From positions 84,085-148,084 of IMG/VR virus record IMGVR_UViG_3300030098_006570: DNA of 64,000 nucleotides, one strand, 5' to 3'. Shown here in pieces: positions 29,784 to 38,881 of this stretch; the first letter of the stretch is position 1, and each line of letters begins with the position of its first letter. This DNA comes from a virus. The translations under genes were made by a program, and so were the position numbers. The notes under the pieces are model-generated. The model searched no databases. It had not been told where the DNA came from and saw only the letters and a list, made by a program, of their open reading frames with translations.

Positions 29784-30050
29784 CTACTTCTTTCGTCGTT
29801 TCTTGGACAACTTAGCTTTCCGACGCTTCTTTTCTTCACGTTTAGCGATTGAGGGATCCGTGCGAGTCTTGACCGCATAGAACTTACGATTTGGGGGTCC
29901 TTGATAGTGGACCTTCACTTGGAGATCTTCTTGTCCTGCTAGTTCATTTCTCTTGGCGTCAGCGCCGTCGAATGTGGGGAAACGGCCCACGATATTCCAT
30001 GTTGGCCCGTCGGTGTGTTGCGGCGCCATTTCTACTTCTTCAGTACTCAT
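29784..30050 (-). CDS. Hypothetical protein with basic C-terminus
   Basis: Likely start MSTEE. Confidence 0.55.
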   Translation of the reverse strand: MSTEEVEMAPQHTDGPTWNIVGRFPTFDGADAKRNELAGQEDLQVKVHYQGPPNRKFYAVKTRTDPSIAKREEKKRRKAKLSKKRRKK

Positions 30051-30274
30051 CCTTTTTCCTTCCATAGATAAGTTGCATCCATTGGCCAATAAACATCTTG
30101 ACCAGTGTCTAATACTTGTATTTTATAGATTGTGATAGATTTGTCAAGTACTAATCCTACAAAAGTTCTTTTTCCGGCGTTAGCGTCTCTTTTGGCAACA
30201 TCCACACAGATGACCAGATCGCCTACCTCCGCGCTTTTTGTAGTCCTTCCGTATCCCAACCGCCCATCATCCAC
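30047..30274 (-). CDS. Small SH3/KOW-like protein
   Basis: EVGDLV...GLVL...YKIQV...YW pattern; start uncertain. Confidence 0.5.
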   Translation of the reverse strand: MDDGRLGYGRTTKSAEVGDLVICVDVAKRDANAGKRTFVGLVLDKSITIYKIQVLDTGQDVYWPMDATYLWKEKG

Positions 30275-30807
30275 TTTTCGTTCATGAGGTGATTAATCTT
30301 GTTAAAATGGAGAAAACCGAGGGCATGCCCTAGTTCGTGTTCGAGGACAGTCTCCCTTACATCTGGTCTTAAATAAATAACTGCGTATTCCACCTGGTTT
30401 GTTGTGTTGTCAATAAAGAAGTGCGTTTGTGCTAGAGCTGTCTCTTCCATTTTTACGCCCAAGGTCACCATATGGATTATGATATAACCTTTGGGAGTCT
30501 CGCTTAGACACTTATTGAGCGGATCATGTTTATATTGTGTATTATAAAAACGATATCCCAAATCTTTCCAGAAGCTTACAGCCTTATCAACCTGACTCTT
30601 TGTTACTGGTGCATGTTCGCAAACAATAACCGTGGGGGTTAGTCCCCATTTGGCAGCTTGCGGAGGCCTATCGTTTACTAAAGGTATTCTGTCATAGTTA
30701 CTAATATAGGGACCAGCAGAAGCCGGGACAGCTAGCAGTACTATTGACAAACTAAAAGAAACTACATAAACAAGTGTTCCTAGCGCTATCCGGATAGTAT
30801 CACTCAT
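30223..30807 (-). CDS. Matrixin-like metzincin metallopeptidase, exported
   Basis: Signal/TM segment; HELGHALGFLH plus Met-turn LMN. Confidence 0.8.
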   Translation of the reverse strand: MSDTIRIALGTLVYVVSFSLSIVLLAVPASAGPYISNYDRIPLVNDRPPQAAKWGLTPTVIVCEHAPVTKSQVDKAVSFWKDLGYRFYNTQYKHDPLNKCLSETPKGYIIIHMVTLGVKMEETALAQTHFFIDNTTNQVEYAVIYLRPDVRETVLEHELGHALGFLHFNKINHLMNEKWMMGGWDTEGLQKARR

Positions 30808-30814
30808 ATAATAT

Positions 30815-31333
30815 TTAGTTGAAAAAACCAGTTTTGTGATAAACTGTGCCGGAAACTCTTATAGATTCTCCCTCCGGAGGTGGTATATAGATGGTGAGAG
30901 CCTGATGATCTTTGTCTGGTGGGCGCCATATTATCTGCAGAGCGTTAGATTCTGGCGCCCATATCGAATCGAACTCGTTGCCGATATTATTTTCATAGTG
31001 ATTGTAACAATTATAATTATTATTAGTAAGACTCGCGATTAAAGTATCATGCAAGTCATAACCTGAATTAAGGATTACATCCCTGCCACAGATGGAAAAG
31101 AATTGCTCTTCCTCTGTGTCTCTTTCAATAGCTAGGCTGACGAATCCAGATAGCAGTGGAGTGTCGAGTTGCTTATCGCACCAAAAGACCAATGTACTGG
31201 GGCCTTCATTTTTACTCCACCAGCAGTCCATGATTGCATATTCTTCACCGTATTCTTGAATTCTAATCTCCTCTTCCCCTATATTAGAGCAAGAACAAAG
31301 TAGAAGTAGTAAGCAAATTACAATCTTATTCAC
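30815..31333 (-). CDS. Putative lipoprotein
   Basis: Lipobox-like LLLCSC after a short basic-hydrophobic signal. Confidence 0.6.
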   Translation of the reverse strand: MNKIVICLLLLLCSCSNIGEEEIRIQEYGEEYAIMDCWWSKNEGPSTLVFWCDKQLDTPLLSGFVSLAIERDTEEEQFFSICGRDVILNSGYDLHDTLIASLTNNNYNCYNHYENNIGNEFDSIWAPESNALQIIWRPPDKDHQALTIYIPPPEGESIRVSGTVYHKTGFFN

Positions 31334-31392
31334 CTTATATTAATTATAATATAATAAAGTTATTTGTAAGATGCAAGCAAAAAGTATATTAT

Positions 31393-31475
31393 TGGTGGAG
31401 GTGCACGGAGTCGAACCGTGGTCCTGAGAATGCCATTGCAGGATTTAATCTCAGTCGAATTCCCAAACCACCCCC
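31393..31475 (-). ncRNA. Mini-tmRNA: tRNA-like domain only, no tag reading frame
   Basis: 5' GGGGGTG-GTTTGGGAA-TTCGAC; TGAGA/TCTCA stem; GGAC-CACGG-TTCGACT-CCGTG-CACCTCC-ACCA 3'; G3:U70; 83 nt. Confidence 0.85.
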
Positions 31476-31506
31476 ATTTAGTCCTTGACAGGCCAAAATA
31501 ATTAGG

Positions 31507-31863
31507 TTACCATTGGTTTATGTCGTCTTTTTGTATCCTATACTTTTTCTTCAATACTTTTAAGGTCTCATCAGTGACTCCTAAAATTCTCGTCATTTCT
31601 TTATTTGTGTTAGCTATGCTAACAACAGAATTGAAGAGAGCTTCTTTCACGAGAGCCACCGTATTGGACCATAGGTTAAAACCATATAGTTTGCCATTAG
31701 TTAGACGACTGGCGCACTCAAGTTTGAGACCAATAATTTCTTCCAGAGTTAATGCAGAAAGCATTATTTCAAATGCTTCATTTGACTTTCCGTGGTTCCT
31801 CAGCTTTTGTGAGAAAGAAATATCACTGCAAAAACCCTGGGAATCTGACTTCCGGGGTTTCAT
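31507..31863 (-). CDS. Hypothetical protein with possible Fis-like C-terminal HTH
   Basis: NTNKEMTRILGVTDETLKVLKKKY. Confidence 0.5.
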   Translation of the reverse strand: MKPRKSDSQGFCSDISFSQKLRNHGKSNEAFEIMLSALTLEEIIGLKLECASRLTNGKLYGFNLWSNTVALVKEALFNSVVSIANTNKEMTRILGVTDETLKVLKKKYRIQKDDINQW

Positions 31864-32676
31864 CTATAATAAGTTTTCGATAATATCGTCTATATCTAGA
31901 AAATTAGCTATTTCTTGTAGCTCAATGTTGGCAACGGTATCTTCTTCCGCCTCTTCGGCACTGGCGTCACCCACCGCGGCCGCCGCTGCAGCGGGTTCGG
32001 GCACATCTGTCTGCAGTTCTGTCTCGAATTTGTCAAAATACAGCGCAAGATTTTTTAGTAGATACTCCTCAAACATAGCAATATCGTCGGCGTTGTCAAG
32101 GTCATCATATGCTGTAAGAATGCTCTTCTCGATGTCTTGGAAGTCGGTGAATGCGCGGTTGCGTCCAGTCTTATCTTCCCCATTAAGCCCAAACTCTGAC
32201 TTGGGATCGACTTCAACCTCTTCTTCGTCATCGATACTAATAAAATCCGGATCATCTTCGGGCCGGTCGCCAATATCAATTTCAATATCTTCATCGATTG
32301 GGGCCCCGAGTTCCTCGTCTTCCCCCGCCTCTTTGCGAGATTCTTCGGGGGCAAGTGATTTTTCGACAGCAGCTAAAATATGGTTACGATATGATTCACG
32401 CTGCTCCACCGCGGTGGTAAGGGACTTATATCCGGTCTCTATAGTTGACAAAACATTAGTGTTTCGTAGAAGGTCCTCTAGAGCATTGATTCCCGTACTG
32501 TCATGTTTGGCAACTGCTGCAACGGCAGCACTTTCAGTAATAAGGTCACGGATAATCTGGCGAAGTTCGTGCTCTTGGTTACTCTTATGCTCTCTGCGAG
32601 ATTTTACAATCCGAATCGCATCACGAACTGCTTCTCTCAATTGGATTTCCTGTGCTACTTCTGCTCGATCAATCAT
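31864..32676 (-). CDS. Acidic hypothetical protein, probably head-associated
   Basis: Late motif upstream; LRQIIRDLITE-type segment. Confidence 0.55.
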   Translation of the reverse strand: MIDRAEVAQEIQLREAVRDAIRIVKSRREHKSNQEHELRQIIRDLITESAAVAAVAKHDSTGINALEDLLRNTNVLSTIETGYKSLTTAVEQRESYRNHILAAVEKSLAPEESRKEAGEDEELGAPIDEDIEIDIGDRPEDDPDFISIDDEEEVEVDPKSEFGLNGEDKTGRNRAFTDFQDIEKSILTAYDDLDNADDIAMFEEYLLKNLALYFDKFETELQTDVPEPAAAAAAVGDASAEEAEEDTVANIELQEIANFLDIDDIIENLL

Positions 32677-32678
32677 TT

Positions 32679-34544
32679 TTATCCCACCGATATACCTAAT
32701 AAATAGTCCATTATTTCGTTTACAAACTGGTCTTCCACAGATTCATTGTTCGAAGTTTTTTTCTTTTTGCGCTTCTCAGATCCAATCACATCGGGGAAAG
32801 TAGTGGCAAACCCTGTCACCGCGCCTCCCGACTGCGCGCTCATTTCATCAAGCTGTTCGCCAAGTATCCTCATTATATCAGCTACATCGCTATCATTTAA
32901 CTCTGTAGGTAACCCGCGGATAAAGCCAACATCATCGTCATCACGAAGAGCTTTCCTCATCATGGTGGCACTTACTCCTCCCATCTGCGGAGGAATTGGG
33001 ACTTGCTGTACATTTACTCCTTCACGACGACCTTCGGCCGTCTTGAAGCGCCCACCTTCGACATCTTTTTCTCCCAAGATAAGGTGCAAGTCTTCCCCGA
33101 CGTCGGCTTCGTTGTCAATGTATTCATAGACAGAACGCACAGGCGTCACATCTGCAACTCTAACATCTACATCACCAGGCAAGTGTTGGCGGTAAACGTT
33201 CCAAATATTGACGGCTTGTTGAGGAGTAATTCCTTCATGAACTTTTGGAGAGACAAATATAATGATCTTATCCACTCCGGGGTTACTTAGCACCGATTTA
33301 GCAACATTGAAGTGGCCGCCATGAGGTGGCTTAAACTTTCCAGGGTAAAGAGCAATGTTACGCACCCCCTCGACGGGTACCCTCTCTTCTTCAGCTAGGC
33401 CCTGCTTGGAACGATCTCCATGGGTAGAGGCCAGCCCTTGAACAATAAAATCTCCTGTAAGTTTGACTAGGAAATCTTCCATCCCTCGTAAAACAACACC
33501 TTCATGGGATCCAACTGGACCAGCCATACTGCGCAAAGCTTCTTTTACCGCTTGCCCTAGGAGTCGAGTGCCATGATAAAAAATACCTCCATTGATGGCG
33601 TCTTTGACGTCTTCTTTGGAGGCAAGATATTCACTTAAAGGTATTCCATTTTTCTCGGCGCTGCGTAATACTGCCATATAAATATCTTTACTTAGTGCTC
33701 CCACGGATTTCCCATCAGCCCGGGTAACACGAGTATCTTGGGGGTGCTCTACCATCTGGAGCCATTCTCGTAATGTGTTTGTGGCCACCCCGCCAGGAGT
33801 AACCTGAACGGACACTGGCGTCTCTAAAACTTCTTCTAGATTCAGATCATAATCCGGATCAAACTCCACTGGTACATCACCATATACTTCAAAACCATAT
33901 TTGGCTGCAATGGGGCGCACTTTTTCAATAAGTCGTGCTAGGGCTGCGTGATCATAAGGAATTTCGATTCCACCACCTTTGACGGGCTTTCTCGTCTTGG
34001 GGTCTATAGGGCGCTCAAGCCCTGGGCGATCCATGGAAATCCCTTTTCGAATCATATGGGGCTGGGCTTTTTTTTCATAGAACTGGTTGATGCCATGAAT
34101 AGCCAAAATATTGGAATCATATTCCTGGACGTTAGACTTCCCTTCAATATATTCGGTATTGAAATATTTTGTAGGGTCATCCCACATTTTGAGCGCTTTA
34201 AGTTCCGGAGTGATGGCTGGAATAGCCGCATTGAAAATAGTTAACAACTTAGCTATAGCATTAGCCATGCCATGATCGGATCCCCACTTTGCTAAAGCAC
34301 TTTCAGCATCAAAGCCCTCAATTGAGGCAATATGAGAGGTTCCGCGATCCATGCGAAACTCTTTTTGACCATCCTCGTTGGTAATCAGCTTAAAACTGGT
34401 ATTGATGCCATCCCACTTGACGCTGCCGGCAATTTCATTGTTTTGAAGACGCACAACAGCGTCCTGGATATAATCAATGAGGTCTTGCCCTGTTTTTACG
34501 CGGTCGACATCAAAAGGGTGCGCCATATGGCCCGGTGTGCCCAT
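32679..34544 (-). CDS. Phage conserved domain (SVKWDG) fused to HxGH cytidylyltransferase-like domain
   Basis: HMAHPFD, SVKWDG, HEGVV; C-terminal YPGKFKPPHGGH and VSATMMRKAL. Confidence 0.7.
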   Translation of the reverse strand: MGTPGHMAHPFDVDRVKTGQDLIDYIQDAVVRLQNNEIAGSVKWDGINTSFKLITNEDGQKEFRMDRGTSHIASIEGFDAESALAKWGSDHGMANAIAKLLTIFNAAIPAITPELKALKMWDDPTKYFNTEYIEGKSNVQEYDSNILAIHGINQFYEKKAQPHMIRKGISMDRPGLERPIDPKTRKPVKGGGIEIPYDHAALARLIEKVRPIAAKYGFEVYGDVPVEFDPDYDLNLEEVLETPVSVQVTPGGVATNTLREWLQMVEHPQDTRVTRADGKSVGALSKDIYMAVLRSAEKNGIPLSEYLASKEDVKDAINGGIFYHGTRLLGQAVKEALRSMAGPVGSHEGVVLRGMEDFLVKLTGDFIVQGLASTHGDRSKQGLAEEERVPVEGVRNIALYPGKFKPPHGGHFNVAKSVLSNPGVDKIIIFVSPKVHEGITPQQAVNIWNVYRQHLPGDVDVRVADVTPVRSVYEYIDNEADVGEDLHLILGEKDVEGGRFKTAEGRREGVNVQQVPIPPQMGGVSATMMRKALRDDDDVGFIRGLPTELNDSDVADIMRILGEQLDEMSAQSGGAVTGFATTFPDVIGSEKRKKKKTSNNESVEDQFVNEIMDYLLGISVG

Positions 34545-34548
34545 GTAC

Positions 34549-34794
34549 CTACTCCTTATTCTCTTCTAGTATTTTTACCTGCTCCTCAAGAGTGTTCACT
34601 CTTTCTTGGAGCCGTCGTGTATGGCGCCTGACTTCGCGCAAGTTCGCTCGTGCTGTTTCAATCCGCAACGCGTCGGTTTTAGAACGCGGAGTTATGGCTT
34701 GGAGAACCTCGGAAATAGATTGAAGATAGCTAGCAACACTAGGGGCGCTGCTCTCGCCGAGCAAGAACTTGCGAGTAAGTCGGCGATAGTCCAT
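34549..34794 (-). CDS. Hypothetical coiled-coil protein
   Basis: Coupled ORF. Confidence 0.6.
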   Translation of the reverse strand: MDYRRLTRKFLLGESSAPSVASYLQSISEVLQAITPRSKTDALRIETARANLREVRRHTRRLQERVNTLEEQVKILEENKE

Positions 34795-34797
34795 TAC

Positions 34798-35076
34798 TTA
34801 TTCCTCAGATTTCGAAGCAGCCTTTCGGCCACGTCGCCGCGGAGCTGGCTTATCTTCCGTGTCTTTCGCTGCCTTAGCGGCTTCCGCAGCTGCCTTGTCC
34901 TCAGCGGCCTTCGCTTTTGCAGCAGCCTCGGCCTTGGCTTTTGCTGCAGCCTCGGCCTTCGCCTTGGCTTCAGCCTCTGCTTTTTCTTTGGCGGCTGCTT
35001 CTGCTTTCGCTTTAGCGGCCGCTGCTTTCTTGGCGCTCTCATTCCGGCGTCGTCGTTTAATCCATGGTGCTACCAT
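34798..35076 (-). CDS. Ala/Lys/Glu-repeat basic protein
   Basis: AKAKAEAAA repeats with Arg-rich ends. Confidence 0.6.
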   Translation of the reverse strand: MVAPWIKRRRRNESAKKAAAAKAKAEAAAKEKAEAEAKAKAEAAAKAKAEAAAKAKAAEDKAAAEAAKAAKDTEDKPAPRRRGRKAASKSEE

Positions 35077-35077
35077 T

Positions 35078-36283
35078 TTACTTGCCTTCCTTTCTGACAC
35101 GCGCGATGATTCGACGTGTGATTTGTTTTGCTTCTTTTACCGAGATTTTACCAGGCCTGGCGTACTCCGCGAGATCCATTCTCTTGGCCATCGATGGACG
35201 GTTACCCTCCTCGTCATCGTGTTCTTTAGATCCGATACCCTTATAATCATCTTCGTCCTCATCACGCATGGGATGGCCATGGCCCTCAGCAAGACTAGCA
35301 TTGGTGACAAGAATATCACGGGCATCCACGCGCTCAAGAATGGTGCCGTCCTGAAGCTTCATGTCGTACCAGGTAACCTGGTTCAGCTTCTTATTGAAGT
35401 TGTGGTTGATGGCCTCTGCCATCTTAATCTGACCTTCATGGTGGACGCCGCCGTGATGAACACAGTAGTGGTTAGGGGAGAACGCACCCTCCCGGAAGTG
35501 GGTTCCGCGCTCGTGACGATCCTCATGATCTTCATCATATGCCATATCGCGCTTCAGGGCGTCAATGTGAGCCCGCGTAGCATGTCGCTTGATAAGGTCA
35601 TGAAGCTCACGGTCGTCCCGACCTTCATCCTCACCATAGTGGTAGGTCTCTTCGCCCTCGGAGTCTTCCTGAAGCTCTTCGGCTGCATCTTCTCCAGCCT
35701 CTTCACCAGCGAGTACACGGTCGGCGTGCGCCACGTCAGCGGGCTCGTTCTTCTCTTCCTTAAGAAGCCCCCACTTTTTCATCAACTTGGTGTTGATCTC
35801 ATTATTTTTCCATTCTTTTAGCGACATTTTTGGTTCTCCTGTTTCTGAAAAGTCTATGGCGACATTCCGTTTTCCTGTCTTAATTAGGTCTTCATAATCC
35901 CTAAAGATCAAATTACCTTTGGTATAAGCCTCACGCTCCATCTTGCGGAGATGAGGATTCTCTTGTGCATAGCCCGCCGAGGTCTCCATATCACTGGTAA
36001 AATCCCCCCGACAATTTTGCGCATGGTGCACCAATTCATGAGACAATGAGCGCATGATATCTTTAGGATGGCGCCCATCAACATAGAGCACAATTTCCAT
36101 AGCACCCGGATCATAATAAGCGGTTTTTCCTAAAATTCGCTGTGAATTGGAGGTGTCACTCTGAAATATAACGGTGACAGGCTTGTTAAATCCTAGCTGC
36201 TGTTGGGAATACGGGAAGAAATCTCCCACCAACTGCTCTAAGTGATAAACGTTCCCAATAGATTGATTTTTACACTGATGCAT
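35078..36283 (-). CDS. HExxH metallopeptidase-like protein with acidic/His-rich C-terminus
   Basis: RSLSHELVHHAQ...EREAY; late motif upstream. Confidence 0.65.
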   Translation of the reverse strand: MHQCKNQSIGNVYHLEQLVGDFFPYSQQQLGFNKPVTVIFQSDTSNSQRILGKTAYYDPGAMEIVLYVDGRHPKDIMRSLSHELVHHAQNCRGDFTSDMETSAGYAQENPHLRKMEREAYTKGNLIFRDYEDLIKTGKRNVAIDFSETGEPKMSLKEWKNNEINTKLMKKWGLLKEEKNEPADVAHADRVLAGEEAGEDAAEELQEDSEGEETYHYGEDEGRDDRELHDLIKRHATRAHIDALKRDMAYDEDHEDRHERGTHFREGAFSPNHYCVHHGGVHHEGQIKMAEAINHNFNKKLNQVTWYDMKLQDGTILERVDARDILVTNASLAEGHGHPMRDEDEDDYKGIGSKEHDDEEGNRPSMAKRMDLAEYARPGKISVKEAKQITRRIIARVRKEGK

Positions 36284-36289
36284 CGTTTA

Positions 36290-36607
36290 CTAAATAGTGC
36301 TGAATAGTAGAAAGAGTACACCCCAGAGGTGATACACAAAAAGCGCCATGTAGACAAGGTTTAGTGCTAGTAATATTTTGAAAATACTATTAGTAAACCT
36401 TTTTCGAAAACAATAAAGAATCCATATCCCTACAGCACTGAGTCCGAGCTTGGCGATGACAAATAATAAAGGGGATACCTCCAAAAAGAAGGCCATGATA
36501 GGATTTGCTTCGTGCCCTAAGTCATTAGCAATCCAAAAAATAGTAGCGGTGAGATCAATGAGGATAAAGATTGCCAGAATATAGACTAGTCGGACAATCT
36601 TCCTCAC
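36290..36607 (-). CDS. Small membrane protein (DUF5658-like)
   Basis: D-x-x-x-T...HEANPIM motif; three hydrophobic helices. Confidence 0.65.
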   Translation of the reverse strand: MRKIVRLVYILAIFILIDLTATIFWIANDLGHEANPIMAFFLEVSPLLFVIAKLGLSAVGIWILYCFRKRFTNSIFKILLALNLVYMALFVYHLWGVLFLLFSTI

Positions 36608-36628
36608 CTACATTACCCCTTCTTTCCC

Positions 36629-36841
36629 CTATCCGCAGCACTCACAGTCTTCGCAGCAAGCGCACTTACAAAGCGTTGCGCCTACACATTTAGCTTGAAG
36701 CCACTCTGGCTGCTGCCAAAAGGGGATAAGCATATGCACCAGCATAGCCAGTCCCGAAAGAAGCAACAAGCCCGATAGCCGCGCTGACTGCTTCAAATGG
36801 CCTAACCAGCCATGTTCTTTAAGATGTGCCCAATCCCACAT
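36629..36841 (-). CDS. Small membrane protein with Cys-rich tail
   Basis: HLKEHGWLGHL...CKCACCEDCECCG. Confidence 0.55.
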   Translation of the reverse strand: MWDWAHLKEHGWLGHLKQSARLSGLLLLSGLAMLVHMLIPFWQQPEWLQAKCVGATLCKCACCEDCECCG

Positions 36842-37173
36842 TATCTTCCCTCCGGATTTTGTTTGTCATAAATAATAGCCTTGAAGGCTGTTTCAACGTA
36901 ATCAGCTGCTTTGGTAAGCTTTGCTTGTACCCAAGGCTCAAGATTCTCATCATCCTGTAACATATCGTGCAGCTGTTGTGCTTGTTGTGCTAAATGAAAA
37001 AGATCTCTCCGCGCCATAGCGCCCTCATACCCATCGGGGTCTTTTTCGACTTTTGGTGGAGTGCGATCTTGTGCATTCATCACAGGGGTTTCTAGTAAAA
37101 TAGAAGAGCCCTTGCGGATTTCTTCTGAAATAAGGTTTTTGAGAGTTTGTCGGTTAAGCTTCGGGGAAGTCAT
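36841..37173 (-). CDS. Putative virion-internal protein
   Basis: LKNLISEEI leader; EGAMA...LEPWVQAKLTKAADY module. Confidence 0.6.
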   Translation of the reverse strand: MTSPKLNRQTLKNLISEEIRKGSSILLETPVMNAQDRTPPKVEKDPDGYEGAMARRDLFHLAQQAQQLHDMLQDDENLEPWVQAKLTKAADYVETAFKAIIYDKQNPEGR

Positions 37174-37742
37174 TATCTATCTCCTGTGGCGTCGCCCAAT
37201 ACAAAGGCTTGAAATGCTTGTTTGTCTTTATCGTTCATTCGGGAATAGAGTTCAACCGCGCGCTTGACAGAGCCCTCTAGGGCAGAAACTTCCATCTTGG
37301 TCTCTTGCATTCCTGCAGCCCCGTCGCCACCACCCCAGGCGCCCGAACTATAACCAGCATAACTGGTAGAGCCCGCGTACTTCTGTTGACTTTTCGGAGG
37401 CGCGACCACGCGCTGGTCCGGCATTGGATGGGCCCCGGCCATCTCAATGTCATTGAGGGCCTTCCTGAGCGCTGTGGTGGCTCTAAATGCGTTTTCGTAG
37501 GCGCCGTCATAAGTGGGATCATCGAGAGCCACAATAAGGCGTTCTGTAGCCTCTCGGGCCTCTAAAGCTATCTCATATAACTCATTGGCTTTGGGATCGC
37601 CCATATTTTGCTCTTTGTCAGAGTTGGACTGTGACCCCATACGATGCGGTACACCTTCAGGGGCGGAAGGCTCATTAATACCCCCGCCAGTAAACATGGC
37701 TTCCTTCACCATGGTTTTAAGCTGGGCGTAATCAATACTCAC
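37173..37742 (-). CDS. Hypothetical late protein
   Basis: LKTMVKEAM leader. Confidence 0.55.
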   Translation of the reverse strand: MSIDYAQLKTMVKEAMFTGGGINEPSAPEGVPHRMGSQSNSDKEQNMGDPKANELYEIALEAREATERLIVALDDPTYDGAYENAFRATTALRKALNDIEMAGAHPMPDQRVVAPPKSQQKYAGSTSYAGYSSGAWGGGDGAAGMQETKMEVSALEGSVKRAVELYSRMNDKDKQAFQAFVLGDATGDR

Positions 37743-37745
37743 GAG

Positions 37746-38093
37746 TTAGTCCTTCTTCCGCTTGCGCGCCATCTTCCGGAAAGTCTTGGCCAGGTTATAA
37801 CGTTTGGTTCCAGGGCGACATGTCGGACCGCCAAATTTCTCGCCGGTGCATACCCCTTCGGTGCCGCGGCGCTCAATATCTGCTTCGGCATCCTGAATCC
37901 AGTCATCGTCTTTTTCTTCGGCAAGGCCCGACTCAAGGGGTCGCTCATAGCCCTCTTCCCCCTTTTTTTCTTCGCGCAGAATTTCATCTAAAAGAGACGC
38001 CGGATCGAGGTCAAACACTTCGATTGCTTCAGCATTAGTAAGCACCACCTCTACTTCTTCTCTAATAATATTCAGTAACTCTGTTTTTGTCAT
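37746..38093 (-). CDS. Hypothetical late protein
   Basis: LLNIIREEV leader; WIQ...GTEGVCT...LAKTFRKM module. Confidence 0.6.
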   Translation of the reverse strand: MTKTELLNIIREEVEVVLTNAEAIEVFDLDPASLLDEILREEKKGEEGYERPLESGLAEEKDDDWIQDAEADIERRGTEGVCTGEKFGGPTCRPGTKRYNLAKTFRKMARKRKKD

Positions 38094-38167
38094 AGCACGA
38101 ACCTCCGGCGTATAATTAAATAGTTTCTTCTTCTTCCTTTGACATTAGAGCTTTAGATTTTTTGACC

Positions 38168-38881
38168 TTAGGTGTTGATCAGGTTGCCATAAATTTTGGG
38201 ATTTTCAATGGGGTGAGTCCCGGCATAGAAGAGAGCAAAACCAGCGATCAAATTGCTATTACCAGCGATATCGACTGCCGTACCAAACGTATAGTTGGTA
38301 GTGGAACTTCCCCAGCCGTCATCTGAATACTTAATCGTCACTACGTTTGAATCGACTGCCACGCGGAAGGACCGGCCGGCCGTCCAGTTAGGTCCACCCC
38401 CGCTGGTGCCGTTCACCAGCGTACCACTTTCAAAAGCCGCAGCGGATGTTCCGGCCCAGCAATAGACGGCCCATTGCATCCACGCATAGGCATTCGTAGA
38501 TGTGACAGGCGGGGTGTCTTTGTAGCCGAGTCCAAACATGAATTGAACGTTGTTACCGTTGTAGTTGAAGGATGGAGTCATTTCTACATAAGCCGAGTCA
38601 CCAGAAGTAATTTCGGCGACGGTAGTAGCGCCGCAATTCCAGTTTCCTCCGCTTAGGGTTCTAATAATACCTTGATCAAGCCCGGTTTCGGTACCCACTG
38701 CGCAGACAGTTCGATTATTAAGTTGAGAAGTATCGGTAATGGGCAATTCGAAGGGCGCGGCATCTGAGCATGCACCACCCGAAAGAATGGTGCTAACACG
38801 GGATTTATCTATCCCGATAATGGTGCTTATCTGATCACATTTGATGCCATCAATTGTTGCTGCTTGCGTCTCGTCACTCAT
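38168..38881 (-). CDS. Beta-rich protein, possible fibre/lectin-like virion appendage
   Basis: Gly/Thr/Trp-rich; N-terminal IDGI/IIGI repeats. Confidence 0.45.
   Translation of the reverse strand: MSDETQAATIDGIKCDQISTIIGIDKSRVSTILSGGACSDAAPFELPITDTSQLNNRTVCAVGTETGLDQGIIRTLSGGNWNCGATTVAEITSGDSAYVEMTPSFNYNGNNVQFMFGLGYKDTPPVTSTNAYAWMQWAVYCWAGTSAAAFESGTLVNGTSGGGPNWTAGRSFRVAVDSNVVTIKYSDDGWGSSTTNYTFGTAVDIAGNSNLIAGFALFYAGTHPIENPKIYGNLINT

Noticed and set aside
31393-31475. Ordinary tRNA (Ala, or Cys from an internal GCA)
   Set aside because: No D stem and no 7-nt anticodon loop; the ends match tmRNA
31520-32803. 427-aa + strand ORF
   Set aside because: Ser-rich antisense shadow of acidic - strand genes; no motifs
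34859-35821. 320-aa + strand ORF and overlapping alternative frames
   Set aside because: Antisense to the Ala/Lys repeat gene and 35078..36283
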